A stretch of 52,601 nucleotides of DNA from a phage: NCBI GenBank assembly GCA_026686805.1, contig GCA_026686805.1_3949.1. One strand, given 5' to 3'. The stretch's first letter is position 1. Every line of letters begins with the position of its first letter. Shown here piece by piece: positions 39,033-48,418 of the stretch. The translations under genes were made by a program, and so were the position numbers. Under the pieces are notes generated by a model. It made no database searches, was not told the origin of the DNA, and saw only the letters and a list, made by a program, of their open reading frames with translations.

Positions 39033-41582
39033 ATGGCAGATTACAAATTGAGTCAATTAAACTCAATCGACACAATTCGTTCAGAAGACCTATTGCACAT
39101 CAGAGTTAAGAAAAGACCTGAAATGTTGGGTGATGAAGACCGCAGAATGACCTATCAAGACTTCTTAGCTTCCTTCAAACTAGAAAGGTTTGTTCAGATT
39201 GCTGGAAGTAATATGACTGGGGATTTAGGTATTGTCAAGTTACTTTATGGTGGTAAGGCAGTATTTGACCCTACAGGTTCTTCTGAAATTACTATTGGGG
39301 ATGTTTTAAAGACTTTTAAACTTAATGCAAATGGTCTTAAACTAACTATTGCAGATGCTTCAAGGTCAGCAACTGTTTATCATACTCTGAATAAGCCAAG
39401 TCCTAATGAGCTTGGTATGAGAACTAATGAAGAGAATGACGCAAGATATGCAAGACTTGCTATCACAAACACATTCTCTGGAACTCAAAATATTCAAGGT
39501 GATGCTAACTTACTTCGCCTTAGAAACCAAAATGCAAATAATGCACAATACATCGAAGGTGTAAACCTAGATGGTTCGGCTAGATGGTGGGTTGGTATTG
39601 GTAGTAATGGCTCTGATGAAGTAAAGCTGTACAATAACAAATACAACTCAGCCTTGACTGTTGCAAGTAATGTCTCTGTTAATAAGTCTTTAGCAATCAC
39701 TGGTCAAGTTCAACCTTCAGATTTCTCTAACTTAGATGCTAGATACTTCACTCAGACAGTTGCTAATCAGAGATTTGCACAGTTAGCTGCTAATAATAAT
39801 TTCACGGGCACTAACACGTTTAGTAGAAATCTAACCATCATTAGTGACAGTGCTGCTTTAAGGTTGAAAAATGCAACAGCTAGCTCACTATTCATTCAGG
39901 GTGTTGACTCTCAGAACACTAACAGGTGGTATGTAGGGAACGGGGATAACACAGCCTCTGTGCTGCTACACAACTATGTACACGGTTCAAATATCAGGCT
40001 TGATAATGGCTATATCTCAGTCAACCAGAACTTCAGAATCACTGGTCAAATTCAACCTTCGGATTGGACTAATATTGACTCTAGATATATTCCGGCAGCA
40101 ACATTAAGTACGATTGCAAGGACTAATGCACAAAATACTTTTAATGGTGTACAGAAAGTTGTTACGGATAATGAAGCCCTAATTGTGAAAAACTCTACTC
40201 AGAACAGACCATTGTATATCCGTGGTGTGGACACTGCTAATGTGTCAAGGTGGTGGGTAGGTGTTGGTGGGGCAGATACTAATGATGTAACCCTAAATAA
40301 CAGTTATTCTGGAACCCAATTGGTTCTCGGGAATACAACATCATACATTAACAAAACATTGACTATTGCTGGACAAGTTCAACCTTCAGATTTCTCTAAC
40401 TTAGATGCTAGATACTTTACGCAAAGTGCTAGTGATAGTAGATACCTAAGAATCAGAAGCACTAGCTTCAATGTGGGAAACACTGATAAGTGGGCTAAAA
40501 TTGCCACTGTTGTGATGCCACAATCAGCATCCACTGCTGTTATTGAGGTATTTGGTGGGTCAGGTTTTAATATTAATACACCAAACCAAGCAGGTAAATG
40601 TGAAATTGTTCTGCGAACTTCAAATAACAATCCAAAGGGCTTAAATGTTGTTGCTTGGAGAACATCAGAGAACACCATTATCAGGGATATTGGTTATGTG
40701 AATACTTCTGGAGACACCTATGATATTTACTATCTTGCTGGTACGTATCAAAACAGCACAACGACAAGGGTTCAGTCTTCTAGTAATGCAAGTGTACAGT
40801 TGTTTGAAGTCCCACAGACATTTGATGATGCTCCACAAGGTATTGTGAAGGGTACAATTGCAAAATACTACACAAGTTTGCAAAAACCAACCCCTTCAGA
40901 TATTGGTGCATACACTAAAGCAGAAACTGACCAGAAGATTGCAGAAGCAATTAGTGACTCTACAGACCTGAATAAAATCTATCCAGTAGGTATTGTGACG
41001 TGGTTTAACAGTAATGTCAACCCTAATACAGCACTTCCTGGGTTAACTTGGACGTACCTGAACAATGGTGTTGGTAGAACTATTAGAATTGCAGCAGCAA
41101 ACGGTTCAGATGTTGCTACAACTGGTGGTTCAGACTCTGTAACGTTGTCTGTTGGTAACTTACCTTCACACACGCACAGCTTCTCTGCTACTACTTCATC
41201 ATTTGACTATGGTACTAAGACTTCTAGCACAACTGGTAACCACAACCACAACAGAGGTACTATGGAGATTACTGGTTCATTTGGTTACTTCAGAAGTGAC
41301 GCTAGTAGCTTCTACACAGCAAGTGGTGCATTCTACCTCGGTAGTCAGGCAGGTTCTAAAGGGTATACTGGTAACAACTTTACTAATGGTATCCCTGTCA
41401 ACTTCAACGCATCAAGAAACTGGTCTGGTGTAACGAATACAACAGGTAACCACAGCCACACTGTTGGTATTGGTGCTCACAGCCACACAGTTAGCGGTAA
41501 CACAGGTGGTACTGGTTCTGGTTCAGCATTTAGTGTTACTAACCAGTTCTATAAGTTAATGGCTTGGGTAAGAACTGCTTAA
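39033..41582 (+). CDS. tail fiber protein with three internal tandem repeats and HxH-rich C-terminus
   Basis: start set at ATG 39033 (AAGAGGAAA RBS) instead of track 38964; three ~100-aa repeats each ending ..ITGQVQPSDFSNLDARY..; C-terminus ...GNHSHTVGIGAHSHTV...SAFSVTNQFYKLMAWVRTA. Confidence 0.7.
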   Translation: MADYKLSQLNSIDTIRSEDLLHIRVKKRPEMLGDEDRRMTYQDFLASFKLERFVQIAGSNMTGDLGIVKLLYGGKAVFDPTGSSEITIGDVLKTFKLNANGLKLTIADASRSATVYHTLNKPSPNELGMRTNEENDARYARLAITNTFSGTQNIQGDANLLRLRNQNANNAQYIEGVNLDGSARWWVGIGSNGSDEVKLYNNKYNSALTVASNVSVNKSLAITGQVQPSDFSNLDARYFTQTVANQRFAQLAANNNFTGTNTFSRNLTIISDSAALRLKNATASSLFIQGVDSQNTNRWYVGNGDNTASVLLHNYVHGSNIRLDNGYISVNQNFRITGQIQPSDWTNIDSRYIPAATLSTIARTNAQNTFNGVQKVVTDNEALIVKNSTQNRPLYIRGVDTANVSRWWVGVGGADTNDVTLNNSYSGTQLVLGNTTSYINKTLTIAGQVQPSDFSNLDARYFTQSASDSRYLRIRSTSFNVGNTDKWAKIATVVMPQSASTAVIEVFGGSGFNINTPNQAGKCEIVLRTSNNNPKGLNVVAWRTSENTIIRDIGYVNTSGDTYDIYYLAGTYQNSTTTRVQSSSNASVQLFEVPQTFDDAPQGIVKGTIAKYYTSLQKPTPSDIGAYTKAETDQKIAEAISDSTDLNKIYPVGIVTWFNSNVNPNTALPGLTWTYLNNGVGRTIRIAAANGSDVATTGGSDSVTLSVGNLPSHTHSFSATTSSFDYGTKTSSTTGNHNHNRGTMEITGSFGYFRSDASSFYTASGAFYLGSQAGSKGYTGNNFTNGIPVNFNASRNWSGVTNTTGNHSHTVGIGAHSHTVSGNTGGTGSGSAFSVTNQFYKLMAWVRTA

Positions 41583-41661
41583 TCCCTTGTTGACTGATTG
41601 TTAAGATGGTGTTAATATTCTTTATGGGTATTCTCACCATCTTGGCTGATGAGGTGATTAA

Positions 41662-41856
41662 ATGCCTACAATCCTAGCAATTCTTCTAAAAAATCTAGGT
41701 AGCTTCTTCTGGAAACTCATTTTATCCCTTCTAAGTGAATACATGATTGAGAAAGTGTTCTTTAAGCTTGCAAGATACCTTGCGAGTAAAACAGACACAC
41801 CTATTGATGATGAGTTCGTAGATAACTTAGAGAAAGCTTTTAAAGGGGAGAAATAA
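41662..41856 (+). CDS. small protein with hydrophobic N-terminus (64 aa)
   Basis: ORF with GAGGTGA RBS. Confidence 0.45.
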   Translation: MPTILAILLKNLGSFFWKLILSLLSEYMIEKVFFKLARYLASKTDTPIDDEFVDNLEKAFKGEK

Positions 41857-42228
41857 ATGAAGTGGCTAGAGGAAGCTTTTAAAAATAATATTGGTGCAAT
41901 TGTAGTTGGTATTTTTAGTGTTATCGGGATGTATACCACTATGCAAGTTTCAAGTGGTAAGCAAGAAGTGTCTGTCACAACAAAGTTACAGCAGCTAGAT
42001 AATTATTCCAAAAGTAACTATTCAGCTATTCGTGATTTACAGTCTGACATGAGACTGATTCAGCTAGGGATGGAGAACCAGAAAGTCCAGTTAGAGAATG
42101 TTAAGGGTGAGAATGCAAAACTTACCAAAACTCTTGATAAATTCTCTGACAGTGTGAACAATCTGGCTCAATCAGTATCAGCCTTGCAAGCTATTACTGA
42201 AAAGAACACAAAGAATACTGAAAAATAA
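41857..42228 (+). CDS. membrane-anchored coiled-coil protein (123 aa)
   Basis: N-terminal TM-like segment IGAIVVGIFSVIGMYTTMQV then heptad-like helical region; GGGGAG RBS. Confidence 0.45.
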   Translation: MKWLEEAFKNNIGAIVVGIFSVIGMYTTMQVSSGKQEVSVTTKLQQLDNYSKSNYSAIRDLQSDMRLIQLGMENQKVQLENVKGENAKLTKTLDKFSDSVNNLAQSVSALQAITEKNTKNTEK

Positions 42229-42234
42229 AATTTA

Positions 42235-42262
42235 AGGCTCCTTTTTACGGGAGCCTTTTTGT
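42235..42262. terminator. bidirectional intrinsic terminator between convergent gene blocks
   Basis: hairpin ggctcc-tttttacg-ggagcc flanked by A-run upstream and tttttgttttt downstream. Confidence 0.6.
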
Positions 42263-42264
42263 TT

Positions 42265-43164
42265 TTACTTGCCTACTGACAGAGGTGCTTCAATCTTTCC
42301 TGCATGTTGGTAGTTGTAAATGCCACCAATAAAATCACTTGCAGTAAGGTGTTTTAGGTCACTTAGTGTGTTAAGTGGTACACCAATCTCAAAAGTAGGT
42401 GCATGGAACTCTTCATTGTTCATCAGTTCATAAACCTGCTTCATATGGTTCTGATAAATCTGGGTATCCCCAAAGACACCTATCAAGTACCGTGGAGTGT
42501 ATCCAGTCATCTTACAAAGAACTTCTAAGATGAAACCATAAGACGCAATGTTAAATGGAAGTCCTAAAAAGGTGTCTACAGAACGCTGATACCATTGCAA
42601 ATCCACTTCACCTTCATTAGTGATATAAATCTGAAACAGAACATGACAAGGTGCTAAAGCCATTGAGTTTGCTGCAATATCTGCTGCATTCCAAGCATTA
42701 ACAAGCATGTAACGGTCTGTGATATCACCCTTCATCTTCGTTACTAAGGTCTCTAGTTGGTCTACAACACAACCATTATGACCTTCAAAGTTTCTCCACT
42801 GAACCCCATAGATTCTCCCACCTGCATCATCTAACCAATCTTGTTCAGAAGAATAATTAGAGCTTAACCAGCGTTTAAAATCATCTGACCAGATAGTCCA
42901 GCGTTCCCCATCATTTTCACCCCAAGTACGGTAACGGAGTTCACCCAGCTTATTCTCACCATTCAGGAACCATAAAGCTTCCCCAATAACTTGCCGTGTA
43001 AACACCTGTTTAGATGTTAAAAGCGGGAAACCAGTTCGCATATCAAAACGAAACTGAGGTGGAGCAAAAGCAGAGATGACATCTCCAGTTCGTGTGGTAC
43101 GCAGTTCACCGACTGATAAAACATGGTTCAGGATATTTTTGTAACTCAAATCAGCTTGTGACAT
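42265..43164 (-). CDS. thyA: thymidylate synthase
   Basis: conserved ThyA motifs: ...LAPCHVLFQ... (active-site Cys) and ...QRSVDTFLGLPFNIASY...; 299 aa. Confidence 0.9.
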   Translation of the reverse strand: MSQADLSYKNILNHVLSVGELRTTRTGDVISAFAPPQFRFDMRTGFPLLTSKQVFTRQVIGEALWFLNGENKLGELRYRTWGENDGERWTIWSDDFKRWLSSNYSSEQDWLDDAGGRIYGVQWRNFEGHNGCVVDQLETLVTKMKGDITDRYMLVNAWNAADIAANSMALAPCHVLFQIYITNEGEVDLQWYQRSVDTFLGLPFNIASYGFILEVLCKMTGYTPRYLIGVFGDTQIYQNHMKQVYELMNNEEFHAPTFEIGVPLNTLSDLKHLTASDFIGGIYNYQHAGKIEAPLSVGK

Positions 43165-43165
43165 A

Positions 43166-43711
43166 TTAAAAGTGTCCTTTTACTTGTGGAACATAAATTT
43201 CAAAGGTTGCTTTACCATCTTCTGAAAGTCTTGACTGAACCTTTGCAAATACACGGTTATCATACAGCTTATCGAAGAAGTTTTCAAAAGGTAAATGCAC
43301 AGTGGCCTCTTCAGTCACTTTATGGAAGACTGTGTGGAACACTACATCAGCATACGGTAAAGCACTGACAAGAATACCTGCACCACCAATTACAAAAACA
43401 TCTTCATCAATAGAGCTATCAAGATACTTCAAAAATGCTCCAAAGGACTCTTTACTGGCCTTAGCATACATTACATCATCTTTGTCAAAATCTATACCTA
43501 AATATGGCACAGAATTTGTTAAGATAAGGTTTTCACGGTCAGGTAAAGGCTTACTACCCAGAGTCTTAAAAGTCTCATTACCCATGACTACTAAATTTCC
43601 TTTAGTGAGTCTCTTAAACTCTTGCATGTCCTGTTTATGTCTAGGCCACGGCATACCAGTTGGAGTACCGAACTCCCCATGTTCACCACTTGCAAAGATT
43701 AATTTAATCAT
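43166..43711 (-). CDS. folA: dihydrofolate reductase
   Basis: DHFR motifs: MIKLIFA..GEFG..GMPW, VVMGNETFKTLGSKPLPDRENLILT, VFVIGGAGI; adjacent to thyA. Confidence 0.85.
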   Translation of the reverse strand: MIKLIFASGEHGEFGTPTGMPWPRHKQDMQEFKRLTKGNLVVMGNETFKTLGSKPLPDRENLILTNSVPYLGIDFDKDDVMYAKASKESFGAFLKYLDSSIDEDVFVIGGAGILVSALPYADVVFHTVFHKVTEEATVHLPFENFFDKLYDNRVFAKVQSRLSEDGKATFEIYVPQVKGHF

Positions 43712-43968
43712 TTTGTAAATCCTTTCTTAATGAACCAGTTGATAACATTCTTCACAGCTTTATTGCTATGGTAGATTAAGTGTGGTGTAGGTTGGTATGA
43801 ACCATAAGCCCAGAAAGCAATGATTTCATTGCACTCTGTACACCTTGTACTCTCTTCAGCAATATGACCGTTGACTATTTCACTTACCTCACCTTGTAAG
43901 TCTGTACATCCACAATGTGGACATCGGATAGGTGTTCCATCAGACTCATAGCAGTGTTCAATTTCCAT
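43708..43968 (-). CDS. zinc-ribbon protein (86 aa)
   Basis: two Cys pairs CPHCGC ... CTECNE. Confidence 0.5.
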   Translation of the reverse strand: MEIEHCYESDGTPIRCPHCGCTDLQGEVSEIVNGHIAEESTRCTECNEIIAFWAYGSYQPTPHLIYHSNKAVKNVINWFIKKGFTK

Positions 43969-44484
43969 TTACTTAACCTCAAAAACTGGCTCAAGAACCA
44001 ATATAAAGTCTACACAGTCATCTTCTTCATCCAGAATACCATCAAAGTTCTTAGGAACGAAGTCGAAGAGACTCATAACAAAACAGTCAGAAGTGACCTT
44101 GATAGTTCCTCCCATGTTCTCTACAGTTAACACTGTACGACTTTCTTTTACCTCCCTCAGAAGATTACCCACAAAGTCATCTAAGAAGTACTTCATCAAT
44201 GACTTAAAACCTTTAGGATAATCTGTACCAGAGTATGTTTCAATCTGTGGTACAAGCTTAACATTTATACTAGTCTTTGTTAAGAACGTTTTAGAGAACA
44301 TACTATCAGGTAACTTACAAACAGTCTTTCCAGTACCTTCATGTTCAATCTCAACAAAACCAGCTTCATCGCCACATGTAACTATTTTAAAAGATGCTTC
44401 ATTTTCATACTGTGAAGCCATAAACTTTTTAAGCATCTCCTTAAGGAAATCTGCATGAGCATCTTGTAAGTAGACATCAATCAT
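43969..44484 (-). CDS. hypothetical protein (171 aa)
   Basis: ORF from track. Confidence 0.5.
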   Translation of the reverse strand: MIDVYLQDAHADFLKEMLKKFMASQYENEASFKIVTCGDEAGFVEIEHEGTGKTVCKLPDSMFSKTFLTKTSINVKLVPQIETYSGTDYPKGFKSLMKYFLDDFVGNLLREVKESRTVLTVENMGGTIKVTSDCFVMSLFDFVPKNFDGILDEEDDCVDFILVLEPVFEVK

Positions 44485-44497
44485 AGTTAATCACCTA

Positions 44498-44857
44498 TTA
44501 TGGGAACAGACACTTAATGTCATCGTTTTTGAAAACAAAACTTGTGTAGTTGTGACCATCAACATCCAACCAAACAGCCTGAACATCTACACCATCAAGA
44601 TTCTGGTAAAGCTCTTTGATGAAGTGGTCTTTCACAATCTGACTGCTAGTTGTTTCCAGCTTAATGTTCGAGATTGCTGAACCTACAGCCATATAGCCCA
44701 TGACACGTTTCTTCTCAGTATGCTTAATCTTACCATCTTTGTAAGCCATAATGAGATTGGAAAGAATTTTTACACCATAATACTTTTCAAGGTGAGTAGG
44801 TACACCATAAAAACCTAATGCGAAGTTTTCAGAGTGGATAATGTTTTCACGTTTCAT
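44498..44857 (-). CDS. hypothetical protein (119 aa)
   Basis: ORF from track. Confidence 0.5.
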   Translation of the reverse strand: MKRENIIHSENFALGFYGVPTHLEKYYGVKILSNLIMAYKDGKIKHTEKKRVMGYMAVGSAISNIKLETTSSQIVKDHFIKELYQNLDGVDVQAVWLDVDGHNYTSFVFKNDDIKCLFP

Positions 44858-44858
44858 A

Positions 44859-45188
44859 TTAATCTGCCAACCTTAAATTAAAATTAACACCAAATTTTTC
44901 ACATACTTCCAACATATACTCAAGGGAAACATTCCCAGTGAGGTGGATTATGTTGGATACACGAGCCTGAGAGATACCACAAATTTTAGCAACTTGCTCT
45001 TGAGAAAGACCTCTGGATTTAATCTCTCTCTTAAAACGATGTGCAACGAAGTCTCTCATTTCATCTACATCCATTGGACAAATATAACTCTCCATTTCAG
45101 CCTCTCTATCAGCCTCCCAATCATCTTGTGGGGCATAGGGGTCAAAAACCTCATTCATCTTTCTTCTTCCGTTTGCGTGAAGTGTCAA
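44859..45188 (-). CDS. helix-turn-helix DNA-binding protein
   Basis: C-terminal HTH-like segment RGLSQEQVAKICGISQARVSNI. Confidence 0.5.
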   Translation of the reverse strand: MTLHANGRRKMNEVFDPYAPQDDWEADREAEMESYICPMDVDEMRDFVAHRFKREIKSRGLSQEQVAKICGISQARVSNIIHLTGNVSLEYMLEVCEKFGVNFNLRLAD

Positions 45189-45363
45189 TTAATGAATCTA
45201 TGTTTGTAGCCCTAACCTTTTCACGTTCATCGTTAAGATAATCATCAAGAGCCTTTTCAATTTGTGAATCATCTTGACAGATGACTGTAAAGACTGTAAA
45301 GCCGTCTGTATCGTCAATTATCTTACCATAACCGCTTCTGGGATGTAACTTTTTAAGAGACAT
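45151..45363 (-). CDS. hypothetical protein (70 aa)
   Basis: ORF from track; overlaps neighbour. Confidence 0.35.
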   Translation of the reverse strand: MSLKKLHPRSGYGKIIDDTDGFTVFTVICQDDSQIEKALDDYLNDEREKVRATNIDSLIDTSRKRKKKDE

Positions 45364-45364
45364 A

Positions 45365-45748
45365 TTAGATACCTGTGCAGCTTCTGTTTTCTAAGAAATA
45401 TTCAACACCGTACATAGCTTTTTGCATCAAATCTTCTTTAAACTGGATACGATGGTTGAGCATAGCCTGTACATCAATATCATCATGGTGCTTCTCTTTA
45501 ATATTTGCAGATTGCAGGAAATACTCTGCAAGAACACGATACTGGTAGTCAGTCACCTTATCGGTCATCTCTGTCAAAGACTCTTCAGAGATTGGTTTAA
45601 GTAGCTCACCTTTAGATAGAGCAACACCTTTAACAATCTGGCAAGTGTCTTCTGGAACACCTGATAAGTCCACATTTGGGAGTTCTGTTGCATTGACTGG
45701 TAAATTCATTGCCATAACCATTGCAGCAGCTAATAAAATCTTTTTCAT
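45365..45748 (-). CDS. secreted/periplasmic protein with signal peptide
   Basis: N-terminus MKKILLAAAMVMAMNLPVNA looks like a Sec signal peptide. Confidence 0.5.
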   Translation of the reverse strand: MKKILLAAAMVMAMNLPVNATELPNVDLSGVPEDTCQIVKGVALSKGELLKPISEESLTEMTDKVTDYQYRVLAEYFLQSANIKEKHHDDIDVQAMLNHRIQFKEDLMQKAMYGVEYFLENRSCTGI

Positions 45749-46029
45749 AATGACCTCAAAGTTATATTAAATTTTGTATTACATTGAGTATAAAAATAAG
45801 CTATAACACCTGACTTGTCAACAGATTTTATAGCTTATTTGGCAGATTTTTTATAAGGCTACTGCCATCCTTCCATACCAGACTACACCATGCCAGACCA
45901 GACTTCACATCACCTTACCGTGCAATACATGACTTAAAACCCTTTTAGAAGACTCTTAAGTGATGCTGGTGAGTACCCGTTGGTTTATGCTGCTCAGTAT
46001 ACTCACCATATTTTCTATGTCAACAACTT

Positions 46030-46176
46030 TTATATAAAAGCCCTGATAGCTATATGTGTTGCAAAACAGAAGATTGTGAACAAGAAACCCATTGCAAAGG
46101 ATGTGTTCAAAAGCTTACTTGTGATGTAAGATAACACAAAGATAACTAATGCAAACAGAATGATTGTACTTAACAT
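46030..46176 (-). CDS. possible small hydrophobic protein (48 aa)
   Basis: hand-translated ORF (MLSTIILFALVIFVLSYITSKLLNTSFAMGFLFTIFCFATHIAIRAFI) below the track's cutoff; weak RBS. Confidence 0.25.
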   Translation of the reverse strand: MLSTIILFALVIFVLSYITSKLLNTSFAMGFLFTIFCFATHIAIRAFI

Positions 46177-46179
46177 AGT

Positions 46180-47283
46180 TTACTCATAATCCCTAATAAC
46201 TAGCCCGACAGGGAACTGTAAAGAACCCTTACGAGTCATCTTCTGGAACTGAACCGTTAAAGGCTTCCCGATAAACTCTTCAGGATGTTCAGCAAGATAC
46301 TTTTTCTTCTCATGAGTAGTCTTCCATGAGACATCTACAAAGACGTTAGGAAGAGTCTCTACAACGAACTTACCGTGACCACGTTTATCAGTCTTGACAC
46401 CAGTCACTTTAAACTCTTCAGTGTGCATCTTCTTGTGCTTAATCAAGAAGTATGAACGGTGACAACACTCATAGAAAGATTCTTCAGAGATTGAACGGTA
46501 CATTGCACCTTCAAACTGAGCTTCAACCCACTTATCATGGGCTTCATCAAACTCTTCCCAAGAATTTACACGACGAGACTTAACAGGAACAACTTTACAG
46601 CCGTCTCTGAAGTCATTCAATGGTGAAGTCTCAATAATATCTCTACGCTCAGGCCACGTCTTAGTACTGTCACAGATATCATACCAGTAAAACTTGAGTA
46701 GATGTCGGTCAGGATTGTCTTCATTTTTAATCATGGAGACAATATCTTCTAAGTCCAACCCATGAGCATAGATTTCACCATCAAATTCATCAACATCTTT
46801 ATGGAGCCTCAACATTGCCATAATGTCAGGTATTAGCTCAGTAGGAATTTTATAAATAGTGTTCTCACGAGAATATGCTGTAAATACACTACCAATACTT
46901 AAGTGTCTTGAAATTCTACAACGTACACCATCCAGTTTCGGTTGAGCATCAGCAGGGAACTTCAGATACTTTGCATGACTAACCTTTGCAGCATCATGAG
47001 CAAGCTGTACACCTACCTTCTCAGTATTCTGTGCAGACTCTTTTGTGTAAGCATAACCTTTACGGTCAACTTGCTTTTTATACTTAGCAGTAACTTCAAA
47101 GAGAGCTTGCTGTTCAGCGTTACGCTCATTCTTTTTACCGATGTTCTTAGGCTCTGCTGTGTACTCTTCAAACATCATCTTGCCATTTTCTTTACCGTAG
47201 GTTGTAATAACTTTGTCACCTACAGCAACGCATGACCAGACGTTAAAAGAGCCGTCTTTATTTTGTTTGTACAGAATTGTCAT
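46180..47283 (-). CDS. ATP-dependent DNA ligase
   Basis: adenylation motif I KLDGVR; motif III-like FDGEIYAHG; EGAMYRS; LIKHK; start set at second ATG (47283, AGAGGA RBS) rather than track start 47319. Confidence 0.75.
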   Translation of the reverse strand: MTILYKQNKDGSFNVWSCVAVGDKVITTYGKENGKMMFEEYTAEPKNIGKKNERNAEQQALFEVTAKYKKQVDRKGYAYTKESAQNTEKVGVQLAHDAAKVSHAKYLKFPADAQPKLDGVRCRISRHLSIGSVFTAYSRENTIYKIPTELIPDIMAMLRLHKDVDEFDGEIYAHGLDLEDIVSMIKNEDNPDRHLLKFYWYDICDSTKTWPERRDIIETSPLNDFRDGCKVVPVKSRRVNSWEEFDEAHDKWVEAQFEGAMYRSISEESFYECCHRSYFLIKHKKMHTEEFKVTGVKTDKRGHGKFVVETLPNVFVDVSWKTTHEKKKYLAEHPEEFIGKPLTVQFQKMTRKGSLQFPVGLVIRDYE

Positions 47284-47284
47284 T

Positions 47285-47476
47285 TTATTCCTCTGAGTGA
47301 TACCAAGTGTTGCAAGCATTACATGCGTAAAGCTCTAAGTCATTTTTATCTGGTTTATGGAAACAGTTTGCTCCGCAGTGGCAACGAAACGGCTTTCCAC
47401 CAACTGTCAGGATGAAGGATTGAACCTTTCCATCAGGGGTCCGTACAGCATTTTTATGCTTATCTTCTTTGTTCAT
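47285..47476 (-). CDS. small Cys-rich zinc-ribbon protein (63 aa), paralog of 47801..48004
   Basis: shared pattern KNAV.T.DG...FIL.V.GK.FRC.CG.NCFHKPD...L..Y.CN.C. Confidence 0.5.
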   Translation of the reverse strand: MNKEDKHKNAVRTPDGKVQSFILTVGGKPFRCHCGANCFHKPDKNDLELYACNACNTWYHSEE

Positions 47477-47555
47477 TTATCTCTTGCCTCACAAGCTATG
47501 CAGCCTTTTGAGTAGAAGGAGTGCCAAGCATGTCCACCAAAGTCTTCTTTGGTAA

Positions 47556-47804
47556 TTAAATTGAATTTATAGCTTCCATGTGTTTTCCGTAGAAATCTAA
47601 ACATTTTTCATCTTGCTCCTTTATGTAACTATCATAAAATTCAGGTGATTCTGGTCTTTCACCAAAGGAAATAACCTTCAGGTAGTACTTACCATATGTG
47701 GAGCTGTCTAACCAAGAATCAAATAGTAATTTCTTAGTATTAGTCTTTGGAGGGATTACCAAGCTTTTCTCATACAATTCCTTCATCTCTTGAGTTATCT
47801 TCAT
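47556..47804 (-). CDS. hypothetical protein (82 aa)
   Basis: ORF from track. Confidence 0.45.
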   Translation of the reverse strand: MKITQEMKELYEKSLVIPPKTNTKKLLFDSWLDSSTYGKYYLKVISFGERPESPEFYDSYIKEQDEKCLDFYGKHMEAINSI

Positions 47805-48004
47805 TGCATACCCTTAATCTTACCTAAGAACCTTACACCACAATTATTACACTCGTATATGTCTAAATTTGTGTTATCAGGTTTATGAAAACAGTTTGAC
47901 CCACAACGACACCGGAATAGCTTACCATCAACACGAAGAATGAATGTTTCAAGCTCACCATCTTCTGTAAGAACTGCGTTCTTAAATTTATTATCTTTAC
48001 CCAT
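47801..48004 (-). CDS. small Cys-rich zinc-ribbon protein (67 aa), paralog of 47285..47476
   Basis: see paralog. Confidence 0.5.
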   Translation of the reverse strand: MGKDNKFKNAVLTEDGELETFILRVDGKLFRCRCGSNCFHKPDNTNLDIYECNNCGVRFLGKIKGMQ

Positions 48005-48160
48005 TTGTACTCTCGCCTGTGTCAGATTTCATATAAGACCTATCACTACGTCTTTTAATGAAATGTACAACGCATTTCGGTGTATCTTTTGCATCTTTGA
48101 TGTGCAACCTTTCGAAACTACGCACTGTGAAGGTTGCATCTGTCATTGTTTGCTTAGATT

Positions 48161-48418
48161 TCATTTTCTCTTACCTCCAATCTCTACATCAATAACTTGA
48201 ACATCACCAGCAACATCAAAATTATGAATGATGCTCTCCACAGTGTAAGTCCAACCATCAATGCGAACCAACTCACCTTCTCGTGGGACTATTGGGTTAC
48301 GTTGAGCTACGGTTGTAGTGGAGTGAACAACATCATAACAATAGATGTAGTTTACTAAGACTTCCATCGCGAAAACCTCACTCAATAACCGTAGTGTGTG
48401 ATTGTCCATTTTTGCCAT
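48161..48418 (-). CDS. hypothetical protein (start uncertain)
   Basis: ORF from track; overlaps upstream lipoprotein ORF by 41 nt. Confidence 0.4.
   Translation of the reverse strand: MAKMDNHTLRLLSEVFAMEVLVNYIYCYDVVHSTTTVAQRNPIVPREGELVRIDGWTYTVESIIHNFDVAGDVQVIDVEIGGKRK

Noticed and set aside
45781-45822. Possible minus-strand promoter (TTGACA on minus strand) upstream of the signal-peptide protein gene
   Set aside because: The -10 candidates (TATTTT or ATTTTT) are weak at every allowed spacing.
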